Source: the human T2T-CHM13v2.0 reference genome, Homo sapiens. From it: a stretch of DNA of 64,000 bases. This document shows positions 1 through 12,375 of this stretch, piece after piece. The notes beneath the pieces were generated by a model. That model was not told the origin of the DNA, did no database searches, and saw only the letters and a program-made list of their open reading frames with translations. The stretch lies in assembly GCF_009914755.1 (NCBI RefSeq), contig NC_060925.1; one strand, written 5' to 3'. The first letter of the stretch is position 1, and the number at the start of each line of letters is the position of its first letter. Made by a program: the position numbers and the translations under genes.

Positions 1-19
1 CATAACTTGATGTTGCCAG

Positions 20-450
20 ATAGATAATCTGAACACAAAACTCTGATCAGGCACTTCCCTACCCTCAACTGAAAAATCTTCGATGATTCCCCATTGCTAA
101 CTGAAAACATTTCCAACTCCCTTAATTGAATAAAAGCTCTTTAAAAGCTCTCGCCGAGCTGTTTTTCCAGACTTACCTCCCACTCTTCTTTTTCTTGTAC
201 TCTATACTATAGCCAGAATGGAGTATTTGCATATCCTTGTGCATTTCTAGCTACATTATTTCCAAACTTGGTGATTCTACTATACTTTTCCCTGTGTACA
301 ATGCCCTTTCCACTATCTCCACAATCAACACAACTTCCAAGTTTCATATGCCACATCAAGATGTGCCTGAACTTTCCAGGCAGAAATATCTCGCTTTTCA
401 CTTAACTCTCCTAAATGGGCAAGTGGTTATTTCTAACTTACATTGTAATT
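20..450 (+). mobile_element. Degenerate L2 (LINE2) fragment
   Basis: 'gattccccattgctaactgaaaacatttccaactcccttaa' resembles the L2 3' region. Boundaries are approximate. Confidence 0.4.
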
Positions 451-2085
451 TCAGAAAACCATTCTTAGGTTTTCTACTTTATGTGAGTCCCCTATCCTAT
501 TGCCTGTAACTTCTTATTACTCACAATGCACTTTTTTCTCTTCTCATAATTACTTAATTAATATTTCATAATAAAAAGTAAATTATATAGGGATGTAAAT
601 ATACGTGAATACCACTATTGCTAAGTCTAAAAAAAAGTAGTAACACCATACATAAATGTAAAAGTAGTAACACCATACATACAGACTTTGGTCAAAGATG
701 CTGTGGGAGAGAAGGAATTAAAAGGAGGAGAAAGAAGAATTGGAACCTTTGTCCTCAAGCTCTTGCTATGTGCTATTACCACAATCACGGCTTTATCTAC
801 TGTTTTCAGAAAAACTCAGTCAGGTATGAAAAATAAGACTCCAAGTGGCTACAGAACATAAAACAGGTGACTGCCATAGCCAAGAATTAGACCAATTGCC
901 ACTTACCTTCAAAACTAGTTTTCTTGCCCAAAATACTGAAAAACTGACTGAGATTCCCTAGACAGTGGGGATTAACATATCTGAGGACCAGTTATTTCAA
1001 TATAATATTGTTAATAAAGCACAATCTTGACAAGCTGAGTCTCCAAAATTTCAGTACTCGGTGACTTCCATTTTAGTTAACAGACTTATTTTACATTTAA
1101 ACTACAATAAAATGAAAGCAGTGTTCAGGATTCAATGCAACATCCATTGACTATTGTACAAAACTTTTTTAACCTAAAAAATACAGTTGTATCTGAAAAC
1201 AACAGCAATGGTCCAGCAATTATATATTTTTTCAATAATAGATTTTATGTTTAGAGTAGACATTAGGTGTCCTGCACCCATCTAAGAAATACCTGAGTAT
1301 TATTCAACAAACATCTGTTATGCTTACAGCTTGAGAAATGACAGTTGATATTGAAAATATGTCAACTCTCTTAACATCATCAAGAGCAGAATTCTTAACC
1401 AGTGGATGTTATCAATAACATGGAATGCTTCTTCTTTGAGAATGAAAGTTATATGGTCAGCTTTGGCTGTTTCACTGTTGATGAAACTCTGGGCAGCCAA
1501 TGTGTCACTGAGGGGATGACAGTACTCTTAAGAAGGAAGTTACCAAAAGTGAACTGATTCCCCTTGTGACAAATACAGTGATGGAGCAGATGAGGTAAAC
1601 TTACAACTTTTATGGTTTCTCTGTTTCTATTTCAGGTGCTTAAGTGTCCGAGAAGCTGAAGCCCATGCTTGCCCTTGAATCTCTTCTGTGTTTTTCTCTG
1701 TTCCTCAGTGGTCTCTAAAATAAAACTAATCTCAGTGCTGGTTTTAGAAAACCTGATATTGAGGTTCAGCAGGGACTGCTAGATGGTTTCCTGTTCAACA
1801 TTTTCAATAAGGAATACATACATAGGGTAAAAGTTAAAAACAAAAATCAAAATTTTTCCAGTACATTAAGCTATGCTATGACAGGTGAAAGTTTCTCTCT
1901 ACCTCCAAAACCTCAGTCCCTTTTGCCTTAGACTGTTTCTCGTTAACTGTATTGAGGATTTGATGTTTTAGTGTTGTTCTACCTGCAGTTATCAACAATG
2001 TGCTTTATTAACATGTTTTAACTGTTAGTCATTCTAAGATGTGCTAAAAATTATAGCCCACGAGCAACAGTATCAAGAGGATTCC

Positions 2086-2173
2086 TTTTTTTTTTTTTTT
2101 TGAGACAGAGTCTCGCTCTGTCACCAGGCTGGATGGCAGTGGCGCCATCTCAGCTTACTGAAACCTCCAACTC
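2086..2173 (-). mobile_element. Heavily 5'-truncated Alu (3' ~70 bp plus poly-A)
   Basis: Poly-T followed by 'gagacagagtctcgctctgtcaccaggctgga'. Flanked by degenerate TSD tcaagaggattcct (2073-2086) / tcaaggggtttctt (2174-2187). Confidence 0.85.
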
Positions 2174-2239
2174 TCAAGGGGTTTCTTGTTTATGTTTTAC
2201 TCAATGGTATTTTAAAATTTAGTTTTGTGAATTATTTCG

Positions 2240-2385
2240 TTCAATCCTTGTAAAACACCAAGAGATAATTATCTCAATTTTTAACTATGAGGAGGTTGAA
2301 ATTAAGACACCGAAAATAACTTGCATAGAGTCACACCAGTAAGATATGAGTTAGAGAAGCCAGGACTCAAATCTGTCTGACTCCA
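2240..2385 (-). mobile_element. MIR SINE
   Basis: 'aataacttgcatagagtcacaccagtaag...ccaggactcaaatctgtctgactcca' matches the reverse MIR core. Confidence 0.6.
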
Positions 2386-2557
2386 CTGAATGATGTTCTA
2401 AAGCATTGCTCTATATGGTATTGCCTTTATGTAGCCTTGAAAATTTAAATTATAGTGATTCTTGGATTTCCACCAGAAACCCAGCTTCAAATTCATCAAC
2501 TGAGCTGTTTGCCTACACATGTTCATACAAATGTGCTTTCAGTCCAGCCCCCATTCC

Positions 2558-3081
2558 TAAGGCTGCCAGATTTAGCAAATAAAAAGTCAGGCCGGGCGCG
2601 GTGGCTCACGCCTGTAATCCCAGCACTTTGGAGGCCGAGGTGGGCGGATCACAAGGTCAGAAGTTTGAGACCAGCCTGACCAACATGGTGAAACCCTGTC
2701 TCTACTAAAAATACAAAAATTAGCCAGGTGTGGTGGCACGTGCGTGTAATCCCAGCTACTCAGGAAGCTGAGGCAGGAGAATTGCTTGAACCCAGGAGGC
2801 AGAGGTTGCAGTGAGCCTAGACTCCAGCCTGGGTGACAGAACGAGACTCCATCTCAAAAAAAAAAAAAAAAAAAAAAGTCAGGATGGTTGGTTAAATTTT
2901 AATTGCAAATAGACAACAAAAACTTTTCTAGTCTAAGTGTACCCCAACCAAAATAGCGAGAGTGGACATTCACTGGGCAAGTACCATGCAATCTTTGGTA
3001 GATAGCTATACTAAAAAGTATTCATTGTTCATGTGAAATTAGAATATAACTGGATGTCTTATGTTTTGCCTAATAATCCTA
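2558..3081. mobile_element. MER53-like palindromic hAT MITE, split by an Alu
   Basis: Starts 'taaggctgccagatttagcaaataaaa' and ends 'aactggatgtcttatgttttgcctaataatccta'. Perfect 8-bp TSD cccattcc at 2550-2557 and 3082-3089, the hAT hallmark. Confidence 0.8.
2590..2877 (+). mobile_element. AluS (Sg/Sx-like) nested in MER53
   Basis: GGCCGGGCGCGGTGGCTCAC start, dimeric structure and poly-A. TSD aaaaagtcagg (2581-2591 / 2873-2883). Small deletion in the right arm. Confidence 0.95.
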
Positions 3082-4163
3082 CCCATTCCACTTCTTTTGG
3101 GTTTCAGTGCTTTGATATTTAACATACAATCCAAGAATTGCCATTCCCATGAAAGTAACTGTAACCCTCATACCTTATACTTTCTTCACTTTCTGTTTTC
3201 CTCAGTACATTGTTTTCTATTCTGAAAAATACAAAAACAAAAAACTGGCATTGGAAGACTTGTGTTCTGTTACAATTTGAAAAATTGTGCAGGGTCAGAG
3301 GGATGCCGTTTAGTAAAGGATGTCTGGCCATAATTGATGTCTTCATAGCAGTTGTGATCTTATGCTCCAATCTGTCTAAGTCCAGCTCTTGACTCCATTT
3401 TGGGTTCATACAACTGATCACAAAACATCTAAAAAATAAAAATATAGAATGTGAATATATTAATTTATGATGAGAACTACCTGACTACTTGCTCTCTCTA
3501 GAAGGCCCATTCTCTCTGTGTCTACTCAGTCTCACTAAGAGACACATTTTTTTCTTGGTAAAAACATGTGGAAAATAAAGGATTTTGATGACTTTTTTTA
3601 AGTTCTATTTTTAAATCTTCTGTTTCTAATCTGCAAAATGGGTTTAATAAGTACTAACCTGATAGGGTGGATGCAAGGACTAGAGATAATATATAGATGA
3701 ATATTGAATTTTATTAATTTATGTATTCATATTTGGTAAAGAAAACAAAAACGATAATTCAGAAAATTGATTGTTGAACACAGAATCAGAGTGTCAGGAA
3801 TTAAATGTCATTTTGCTACAATCAGTAATTATAACTCTCTTAAATAAAGGATTATATTTGTTTGATAAATGTAATATTCTTCTTTCGGAATTAGAGTTTC
3901 TTTTTACATATTAAGTACTTGAAAGAGCTTTGCCAATGTTAGTGTGACTTCTCTTACCTACTTCTATTTTCTGTGTTTCTATTGTTTACAAACACCTCTT
4001 TGGATTTCAAAAAGTAAACATTTTTAAAAGGCATAATTATATTAAATCACCTTTAGATCTACTGATTATACTAACAAAATGGAAGTAGACTAGAAGTTAT
4101 TCTTTCTCTTTAAGTTGATTTTTCATATATTTTCATTGATTTATTGACTATTGGTTTCATGAC

Positions 4164-5895
4164 AGTATTAGCCTGTTTTCATACTGCTATAAAGAACTGC
4201 CTGAGACTGGGTAATTTATAAAGAAAAGAGCTTTAATTGACTCAGTTCCATATGGCTAGGGAGACCTCAGGAAACTTACAATCATGGCAGAAGGGTAAGT
4301 AGGCATGTCTTACATGGTGGCAGGCGAGATCGAGTGTGTGAAGGAGGAACTCAAGCACTTATGAAACCATCAGATCTTGTGAGAACTCACTTACTATTAT
4401 GAGAAGAGCATGAGGGAAACCACCCCCATGATCCAATCAGCTACCTCCCTCAACATGTGGAGATTAGAGGTCCCTCCCTCCCTCGAAACATGAGGATTAC
4501 AATTCAAGATGAGATTTGGGTGGGGACACAGAGCCAAAGTGTATCAATCTGCCCCTGACCCCTCCCAAATCACGTCTTTTTCACATTTCAAAGCCAATCA
4601 TGCCTTCCCAACAGTCCCCCAAAGTCTTAATTCATTCCGGCATTAACCCAAAATTTCAAGTCCAAAGTCACATCTGAGACAAGGCAAGAAGTCACCTTCT
4701 GACTATGAGCTGTAAAATCAAAAACAAGTTAGTTACTTCCAAGATACAATAGGGGTACAGGCATTGGGTAAATACACCCATCCAAATGGAAAAAATAGTC
4801 AAAACAAAGAGGCTACAGTCCCCTTGTAAGTCCAAAACCCAGTGAGGCAGTCCTTAAAGCTTAAAGCTCCAAAATTATGCCCTTTGACTCCATGTCTCAC
4901 ATACAGGACATGCTGATGCAAAGGGTAGGCTCCCATGGCCTTGGGCACCTCCCCTACTGGCTGGCATTGAGCACCTGTGGCTTTTCCAGGCACATGGTGC
5001 AAGCTATTGGTGGATCTACCATTCTGGGATCTGGAGGACAGTGGCCTTCTTCTCTCTGCTCCACTAAACAGTGTCCCAGTAGGGACTCTGTGTGAGGGCT
5101 TCAAACTCCACATTTACCTTCTGCACTGCCTTAGCAGAGGGTCTTCATGAGGGATCAACCCCTGCAGCAAACTTCTACCTGGACATCCCAACGTTTCCAT
5201 ACAACCTCTAAAATCTAGGCAGAGATTCCCAAACCTCATTTCTTGACTTCTGTACACCCACAGGCCCATCACCACATGGAAGCTGCCAAGGCTTGGCGCT
5301 TGCACCCTCTGAAGTAACATCTGAAGCAACAGCCTGAGCTGTACCTTGGCCCCTTTTAGTCTCAGCTGGAGCTGGAGAGACTGGGATACACACAGAGCAC
5401 CCAGTCCCGAGGCTTCATGCAACAGTGGGGGCCCTGGGCCAGGCTTAGAAAACATTTTTTTTTTCTCCCAAGGCCTCCAGGCCTGTGATGGAAGGGGCTG
5501 CCACCAAAATATCTGACATGCCCTGGAGACATTTTCCCCATTGTCTTGGCTATTAACATTTGGCTCCTTGTTACTCATGCTTGAATTTCCCCCCAGAAAA
5601 ATTGGTTTTTCTTTCCTATTGCATTATCATGGTGCAAATTTTCCACACTTTTGTGCTCTGCTTCCCTTTTAAACATAAGTTCTAATTTCAGACCATCTCT
5701 CTCAAGTTCAAAGTTCCACAGATCTCTAGGGCAGGGGCAAAATGCTGCCAGTCTCTTTGTTAAAGCAAGGAAAAGTCACATTTGCTCCAATTCCAAAGAG
5801 GTTCCTCATCTCCATCTGAGACTACTTTAGCCTGGACTTCATTGTCCACACCACTGTTAGCATTTTGGGTTTGGACACAGAGCCAAACCATATCA
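4164..5895 (-). mobile_element. THE1D/MSTA-type ERVL-MaLR element: intact 3' LTR (4164-4546), internal region, and only a ~25-bp stub of the 5' LTR
   Basis: 'gtattagcctgttttcatactgctataaag...gggacacagagccaaagtgtatca' is a reverse THE1/MST LTR, followed by MaLR-int. Ends 'ggacacagagccaaaccatatca'. 5-bp TSD atgac/ttgac (4159-4163 / 5896-5900). Confidence 0.9.
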
Positions 5896-5989
5896 TTGAC
5901 CATCCTTAGAATTATATATTTCTACAGTCCTCAAGGAAAGATTATTGTCACTCTCATATACTACCTACAGTTTCCTGTCCTGAATCTGC

Positions 5990-6165
5990 TGCTTATTTTT
6001 TGTGCAGCTTTTGACAAAGCACTTAGCCTCTCACTACCTCAGGTCATTCATGTGTAAAATGGGAATAGTAAGAATTCATAGGGCTCTCATGATGATCTAT
6101 TCACAGGTAAGAATAAATTTAAACATAAAACATTTCCATAAAACTATCCTAGCTTGGAACTACTT
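5990..6165 (+). mobile_element. MIR SINE
   Basis: 'ttgacaaagcacttagcctctcactacctcaggtcattcatgtgtaaaatgggaata' matches the MIR core. Confidence 0.6.
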
Positions 6166-6275
6166 AAGGCATGTATTTATATTTGAGATGGAAATAATAT
6201 TTCTTAGTTCTCTAGGTTATTTTATCATTCTTCATTTTCTCCAGTGTCAGATGTTGTATCAGTGCCCTCATTACC

Positions 6276-6754
6276 TGTATCAATTTCCTATGGTTGCTTT
6301 AACAAACCATCACCAATATAACAGCTTAAACAACACAAACTTATTATTGTACAGTTCTGGAGGTCAGAAGTCCAAAATGGGTCTCATTGGACTAAAATTA
6401 AGATCTCAGCAGGGCCTTTTCCAGTGTCTTGACGCCACCTCCATTCCTTGGTTTGCAGTTTCTTTCTATCTTCAAAAGGGAAGATAGAAGTATTGAATAT
6501 TCTCAGATCATTCTTCTGTAGTCACCACTGTATCTTCCTCTTCTCTTCTGCCTTTCTGTTCCATTTGTAAGAATCCTTGTGATTACATTGAGCCTACCCA
6601 GATTATTCACCTCAATCTCTCTAAAGACAGCTAACTAGCAACTTTAAATCCATTTGTAACCTTGATTTTCCTTTGTGATATAATCTAACATATTTAGAGA
6701 ACTAGAATATGAACATCATTGGGGAGACCTCAAATAATGATTCTGCCTACCAAA
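6276..6754 (-). mobile_element. MLT1 (C/D-like) MaLR solo LTR
   Basis: 'tgtatcaatttcctatggttgct...cttaaacaacacaaacttatt...acagttctggaggtcagaagtccaaaatggg...attctgcctacca'. Confidence 0.8.
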
Positions 6755-6922
6755 ACATTCCTTGAAGTTAACTTTGTAGAGTGACACCTCAGTATCTTCT
6801 ACATAGTGGATTTATATACCAGGTATATTGTATCTCATATCCTTGAAGCCCAAGATATCAATGAATATATCTAAAAATTAGGAGTTCTGTTCAAATCAGC
6901 AACAATTTATGAAAGAGCCATA

Positions 6923-7750
6923 ATTCATTAGACAAATATTTATTGAGTATCTATCCATTATCAAGTTTCTTGCATTGAGTATTGAGGGCACAGAAATGAA
7001 TGAATAAATTTAAAGTTTGGCTTTCATGGAACTTAAATTACGTTGGAAAAAGGTAGAAAACAAAGAGAAAACTAAAATAAATGATACTTTCTGACAACAA
7101 TAATAATGCTTTCTGATAATGATACTTTCTGATAATAAATAATTCTTTCTGAATAAAATAAAATGTGGACTATATAGTGATCGCTTGGGAGTACAATTTT
7201 AGCACTTTCTCTGAAAAAGGAGAATTTAGGGTGAAACCTGAAGAGATATAATCCTGCTGAGATTGAAGAAAAGCATTTTAGGTAAGTTAGACAGTGAGAA
7301 TAGAGTAAGATTGTTTTGTAATAGAGGCAGAAAGAAGGCTGAAGTATCAGAAGCAGAAAAAAGTAAAGGAAGAGTGATGAGAAATGATATGGGAGAGTTA
7401 AACAGAGGAGAAAATAAAGGGTCTGCTTTGTAGGTCATGATAAGTAAGATGAATTTTAATCTCATTATAATATAAATTTTCTGAAGCAGCAAAACAAATT
7501 CATGTTGTAAAAGGAATACTGGCTCTTTTGTGAAGAAAAGATTATAGGAAAATAATGGAATGCTCTTTTGCAGGCTAGCTAGGGGTCATAATGGCTTGGG
7601 TTAGGGTGACAATGGTCAGATTTGACATGTATCATGGTGGCAGAACCAAGATGACTTTGAAGGAATTGACTGTAGGACAAGAAGAAATCAGAATCTTAAA
7701 GAGGTGGGTGGATGTGGGCACCATTTACCCACATGTGGAGGCAGGTGTGA
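6923..7750 (-). mobile_element. L2 fragment
   Basis: Begins with the reverse L2 3' end 'attcattagacaaatatttattgagtatcta', followed by a purine-rich L2-like body. Confidence 0.65.
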
Positions 7751-7760
7751 GAAGGGTGTG

Positions 7761-8375
7761 TGAAGCACAGGGAGGGTTAGGGACAGAGAGGGGTCCTCAC
7801 CCATTATAGGGTCATGACCAACACTCCTGTAACAAAAGACAGGTTAACAAAGGGAAAACATAAAAAATTTATTTAATTACAGTTTTATGTGACATGGGAA
7901 TCCTCAGGAATAAAGACCCAAAGATCCAGGTCACATGCAGAATAGACAACTGTGGAAAAATGCAATTGGACAAAAGGGTATAGTCTAGTGGAAATTGACA
8001 GGGAAACCTAGCACGGTCTGTCTGTTCAGATTCTTCTTGGCTTTTCTGTGTAGTAGTCCTTCCCCCTGGTATAGGGCAGGACCCTTCTGAAATTAGAGAG
8101 TTTGAAAAAGAAGGAAGAAGAAAGAGAGTGGCCTTTTGGGGTTTTATGGCTTGCTTTGGGGGAGAAGAGTTTTAATTTCTATGACCCCTTTGGAGAAGAC
8201 AAATTCTAGTATCTATGACTTGGTTTGAGGAAGTAAGAGGTGTGGGAGACAGGAGAACAGGGGAAGACTTTGCTTCTGAGACTTTGCTTCTGAGGCCCTT
8301 CCAATATCCTTCAGTTCAAAATACTCAGCATGCCAAGGTGCCATCCTTTGGGGTATCGTGTTCTGAGCCCCGACA
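7761..8375 (-). mobile_element. ERV1 MER4-group solo LTR (MER31-like)
   Basis: The reverse strand starts TGTCGGGGCTCAGAACACGATACCCCAAAGGATGGCACC, with TG...CA ends. Flanks gtgtg / gtgtc are a probable TSD. Confidence 0.75.
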
Positions 8376-8499
8376 GTGTCATGTGATAGACACTAAGCCA
8401 GGACTTGACTCCTCAAATATATGGGCTCAGCCCTAAGAAATGTAATAATTTGACACCATGGAAAATCCCAAGTCTGTAAAATATCACAAGGGGTGGGCG

Positions 8500-9053
8500 A
8501 TTAAAAATTATCTGCCTCAACTATTTCTTTTGCAGAAATGCATGGAGATTGGGGCTTGCTCATAACAGCATTACTTAGGAATGGAAAAGCTGAGACTAGA
8601 AATCAAGCCACCCTGGCTCCCAAACTCAGTTTGGCAATGTCCCCAAACATTTTCTCTATAGCTGACACTTAGAAGTGCCCTGTCTATAGCCCTCTGACCT
8701 TGACTTCTAATTGCCAGCATCTGTCTTCTAGGCCTGCAGGCTTCCTCTACATTAACACAGTCCACCTTCACCCTAGGCAATATTCAACCAATGATTATAC
8801 GATATGTACTAACCCAGCTCCTCTGTCCTCCTGTGCAGTAACACTAAGGCACTGCTTTACACTGTTGCCCAGTTTCTCTGTGAGATTAAGCTCCAGTAGC
8901 CATGTAGGTTTAATAAACTGCCACTTAGTAGCTACCTTTCTTTTCTGTAACACTTCTTTTCTCCCCACCCATGTTCTCAGTACCTCCCAAGTAAAGTACC
9001 CACCTTACAACCCTTACCTCAAGAGTTGCCTCTAGGGAAATCAAATTAGCACA
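8500..9053 (+). mobile_element. Old ERVL solo LTR (LTR16-like)
   Basis: 3' end 'cctcccaagtaaagtacccaccttacaacccttacctcaagagttgcctctagggaaatcaaattagcaca' resembles LTR16/LTR33-type ends. Left boundary uncertain. Confidence 0.4.
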
Positions 9054-9156
9054 CAGCTTGTAGCTTAGTGTCTGCTTCTGCATAACTTTGTAGCTCCATT
9101 CACTGTTTTAAACTTGGTGCCTGCACCATTTTGGAAAGTTGAAAGGTAAAGAATGC

Positions 9157-9464
<308 letters not shown>

Positions 9465-10859
9465 TTAATGACTACCCTCGTAAAATAGCATATTGTGGCT
9501 TTTACTTATTTTGCCTATATTCTCACTTCTTCTTCTCAAAAGACATCAAGAAATAAAAAAGACAAATCTTCTTGCATTATTAGTAAGTGTTTCACTTTCC
9601 AAAGCCCGGGCAGTGAGTAAGCTAGTATAAAGCTTTGTAAGGTGCTACTTCCAAAAGGGAGAAATTGTAATTTTTCAGCAAATTCAGAAACATCTCAGTT
9701 ATGTAAAATGCCAGGTCTGCCTATGGACTTTCTTGCATCATCTCTGTTTTATTTTCTTTTGAGCATAGATTTGATATTTTCTTTTCATTAACTATAAAAT
9801 TTTTCAGTGATGAACTATTTCTTAAATGTTTAAAAATCTTGGTTTTTTCTATGTCTCAAATTTAATGGAATAAAACTATTATCTTTGGGTTGTGGATGCC
9901 AATTCTTTATCTCTCATCACTGACACATGCCATAATTCAGTCTCTGTGTCCTGTTGTTGTTCATAAACCAACAAGCTTTGGTGGTTTATGTCATCAGCAG
10001 AAAACCTGAAAGTGAATTATAGCCTTGCATTCAATCTCTATGTTCTGTGCAGAAATAGCCAGTTTTTCAGAATGTGCAATTTAGAGACTTGGGAGCAAGA
10101 GACTTATAAAGTGTATTTCTTGTAGCCTGTGCCAAAGTCAAAGCTATGAGCATTCAAAATAAAAGATTGATATAAAATCGGTTCAAAATACACCTACAGT
10201 TTTATGGGCAACATAATGTTTTTATTAATATTCTGGAAACTTTAGAGAGGATTACATTCTACTTCCTTTTAAACTAGAGAATTTATAAAAGGAAAAAAAA
10301 ACAAATTTGGATTTTATCAAAATTGAGTTGGGAGGGTGATAACTAGGACATATTGACTCGTGGGCAGTAGACTTTTCACTGTATGTGCTAGTATTTATCC
10401 ACGTAAAATAGTTGAATAAACATCTATACAAATGTCTATACAGAGAGCTAACCTGAGACCAGACACACAATGTCCTCCTTTAAAAGGTGCTAAAAACCTA
10501 TATATTTTAAAGTTGATTTAGATAATTTAAGAAAGTAAACTATTGCTATTTATATTAATCACACCTATAATAACTAATATTTTTCACTGCACAAACAGCA
10601 TATCCCAACACAAAAAGGATTATCCTCCCAAATAGGTTGAGATACAAAGTGCAATTGTATTGGGAAGTGATCAACAACCTATTGGAAAAAACCTCTTAGC
10701 TTGAAGCATGGTTTTTGCACCAGACTTTTAACTTTTACTTGGAAAGAGTACTTTGAGGGAAACGTGTAACACTTTTAAATACATGCCCTTATTGAAACTA
10801 AAAATGTGCATGAGAATTCATATTTTGAAAACTACACAATTACCTCTTGACCCTCTTTG

Positions 10860-11420
10860 AGTGTTAAATATTCCCTTAATATGTGCCATATACCGTTTTA
10901 GGTTCTGTAAATGTGGAAATAACAGCAGTAAACAAAACAGACACCTCTGTTCTCAATAATCTAATGGAGCAAAATGGAACAACATCTTATGGAACAGTAT
11001 GAGAGGAAAAGAGTGATCAAAGATGGGGTCAGAAAAATAGCAGAAAACAGATGTAATACAATTTGTAGGCCTTTTAAAAGAGTTAAGATTTGACGGTAGG
11101 TGAAGCAGGAAGTCAATAAAGTTGGATCAGAAGTGATCTGAAGATTGCCTCCTCTTTTGTTAAAAGTAGACTGTTTAAGGGAGATGGAATATAAAAGCCA
11201 GGAAGTGGATTGGAAAGTCATTGGAAATTGTTCAGTCAAAATATCATAAGGATTTGTACCATGGTGATATAGGTGAAGTAGTGATTAGTTTCTGTATAGA
11301 TTTTGGAGTAGCATCAAACAAATGTACTGATCCTTTGAATGTAAGATATGACACAGAGGAGTCAAACATGATTCCATGGTATAGAATTTACTTGTTCAAT
11401 TCTCATTTGTTGGAATAAAT
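10860..11420 (-). mobile_element. L2 fragment(s)
   Basis: 'atgtgccatataccgttttaggttctg...aacagcagtaaacaaaacagaca' is L2 3'-like. Boundaries approximate. Confidence 0.5.
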
Positions 11421-12184
11421 AAGTGAAAGTAGATACTAGTCTGAGTGACAAAGATAATGGCTTTGAGAATATGACACATAAAGTGCCCAAGTTGGGGAGG
11501 GTGTCACATTAAACAATTTATATCTTTTGTCAGTAAGAAAGATTTAGAAAAATTATTAGCAATCCCAAACTCGTGATCTCATGAACCTTTCTCCTCAGCC
11601 AGTAGCACTAAAGGTTAAGAAGTTCTGGTGACTAAACTCACATTTGGGTAGTCCTTGTTACAGTTGTAAAGATTCAATAATTATGTGTAGGGATGTTTTA
11701 AAGGAGAGTCACAGAGAAGTAAGAGTTTTATAGCCTTTATTTATAGAATTCAATGGTGCCTGTGGCTTTATTTTTCAACCTCAAAGACCTGAGAGCTTCA
11801 GATACCTATTTCCTTTACCAAGGGCCTTGGGTCTGAAGGGAAAACCTCCATAGCTTAGTGTAGTTCCACTTTGGATTCAGTGGATCTTACCATCTATCAC
11901 AATGTTGGAGGCACATCAAGGGTGCTCATTAAATTTCGGTTAAATTGAAATAAATGTCTTGCTCTTTTAAGAATTTTGACATCAGAAAAATATATTACAT
12001 TTTAGTGAAAAATGTCCTTGAACAAGCCGTTTTATTGAAATTTTTCTTCATCTAGTGCCTTTTTTTTTGGTCTGACATTCTTCACCACACACAGTTTCCT
12101 CACTGATTTTGAACAAAAGAATCATTTTCTAATCCATTATTATAATAGTCTAGTTATAGTATTTCCAAATTGAGAGGGTGATTT

Positions 12185-12375
12185 TTTTGGAGAAAGCACA
12201 GATTGTTGGAGTCTTGGTTTTACCACAGTGAGAACTTGGGCAAGTAGGTGAACCTGAATTAGCATCTGTTTTTCCACAGATACAAAATAAGTAGGGAGAC
12301 TGATATTTCTCAGGATTCTGGTACTGCAGCACAATCACAAAAGTACCTAACACATAGGAGGCAAATAATACATGA
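12185..12375 (+). mobile_element. MIR SINE
   Basis: 'gaacttgggcaagtaggtgaacct...tacctaacacataggaggcaaataata'. Confidence 0.45.

Noticed and set aside
1590-1640. Strong-looking + strand acceptor (tttctctgtttctatttcag at 1635)
   Set aside because: No convincing downstream donor or ORF; isolated motif.
2995-3015. miR-1302-like microRNA from MER53
   Set aside because: The homologous segment (ttggtagatagctatactaaa) is degenerate, including the seed, and the hairpin is broken by the filler and the Alu.
4799-5578. Several 60-150-aa ORFs
   Set aside because: Fragmentary translations of the decayed MaLR internal region.
7081-7155. Four imperfect ctttctga-containing short repeats
   Set aside because: Local slippage inside an L2 relic. 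No spacer structure, so not CRISPR-like.
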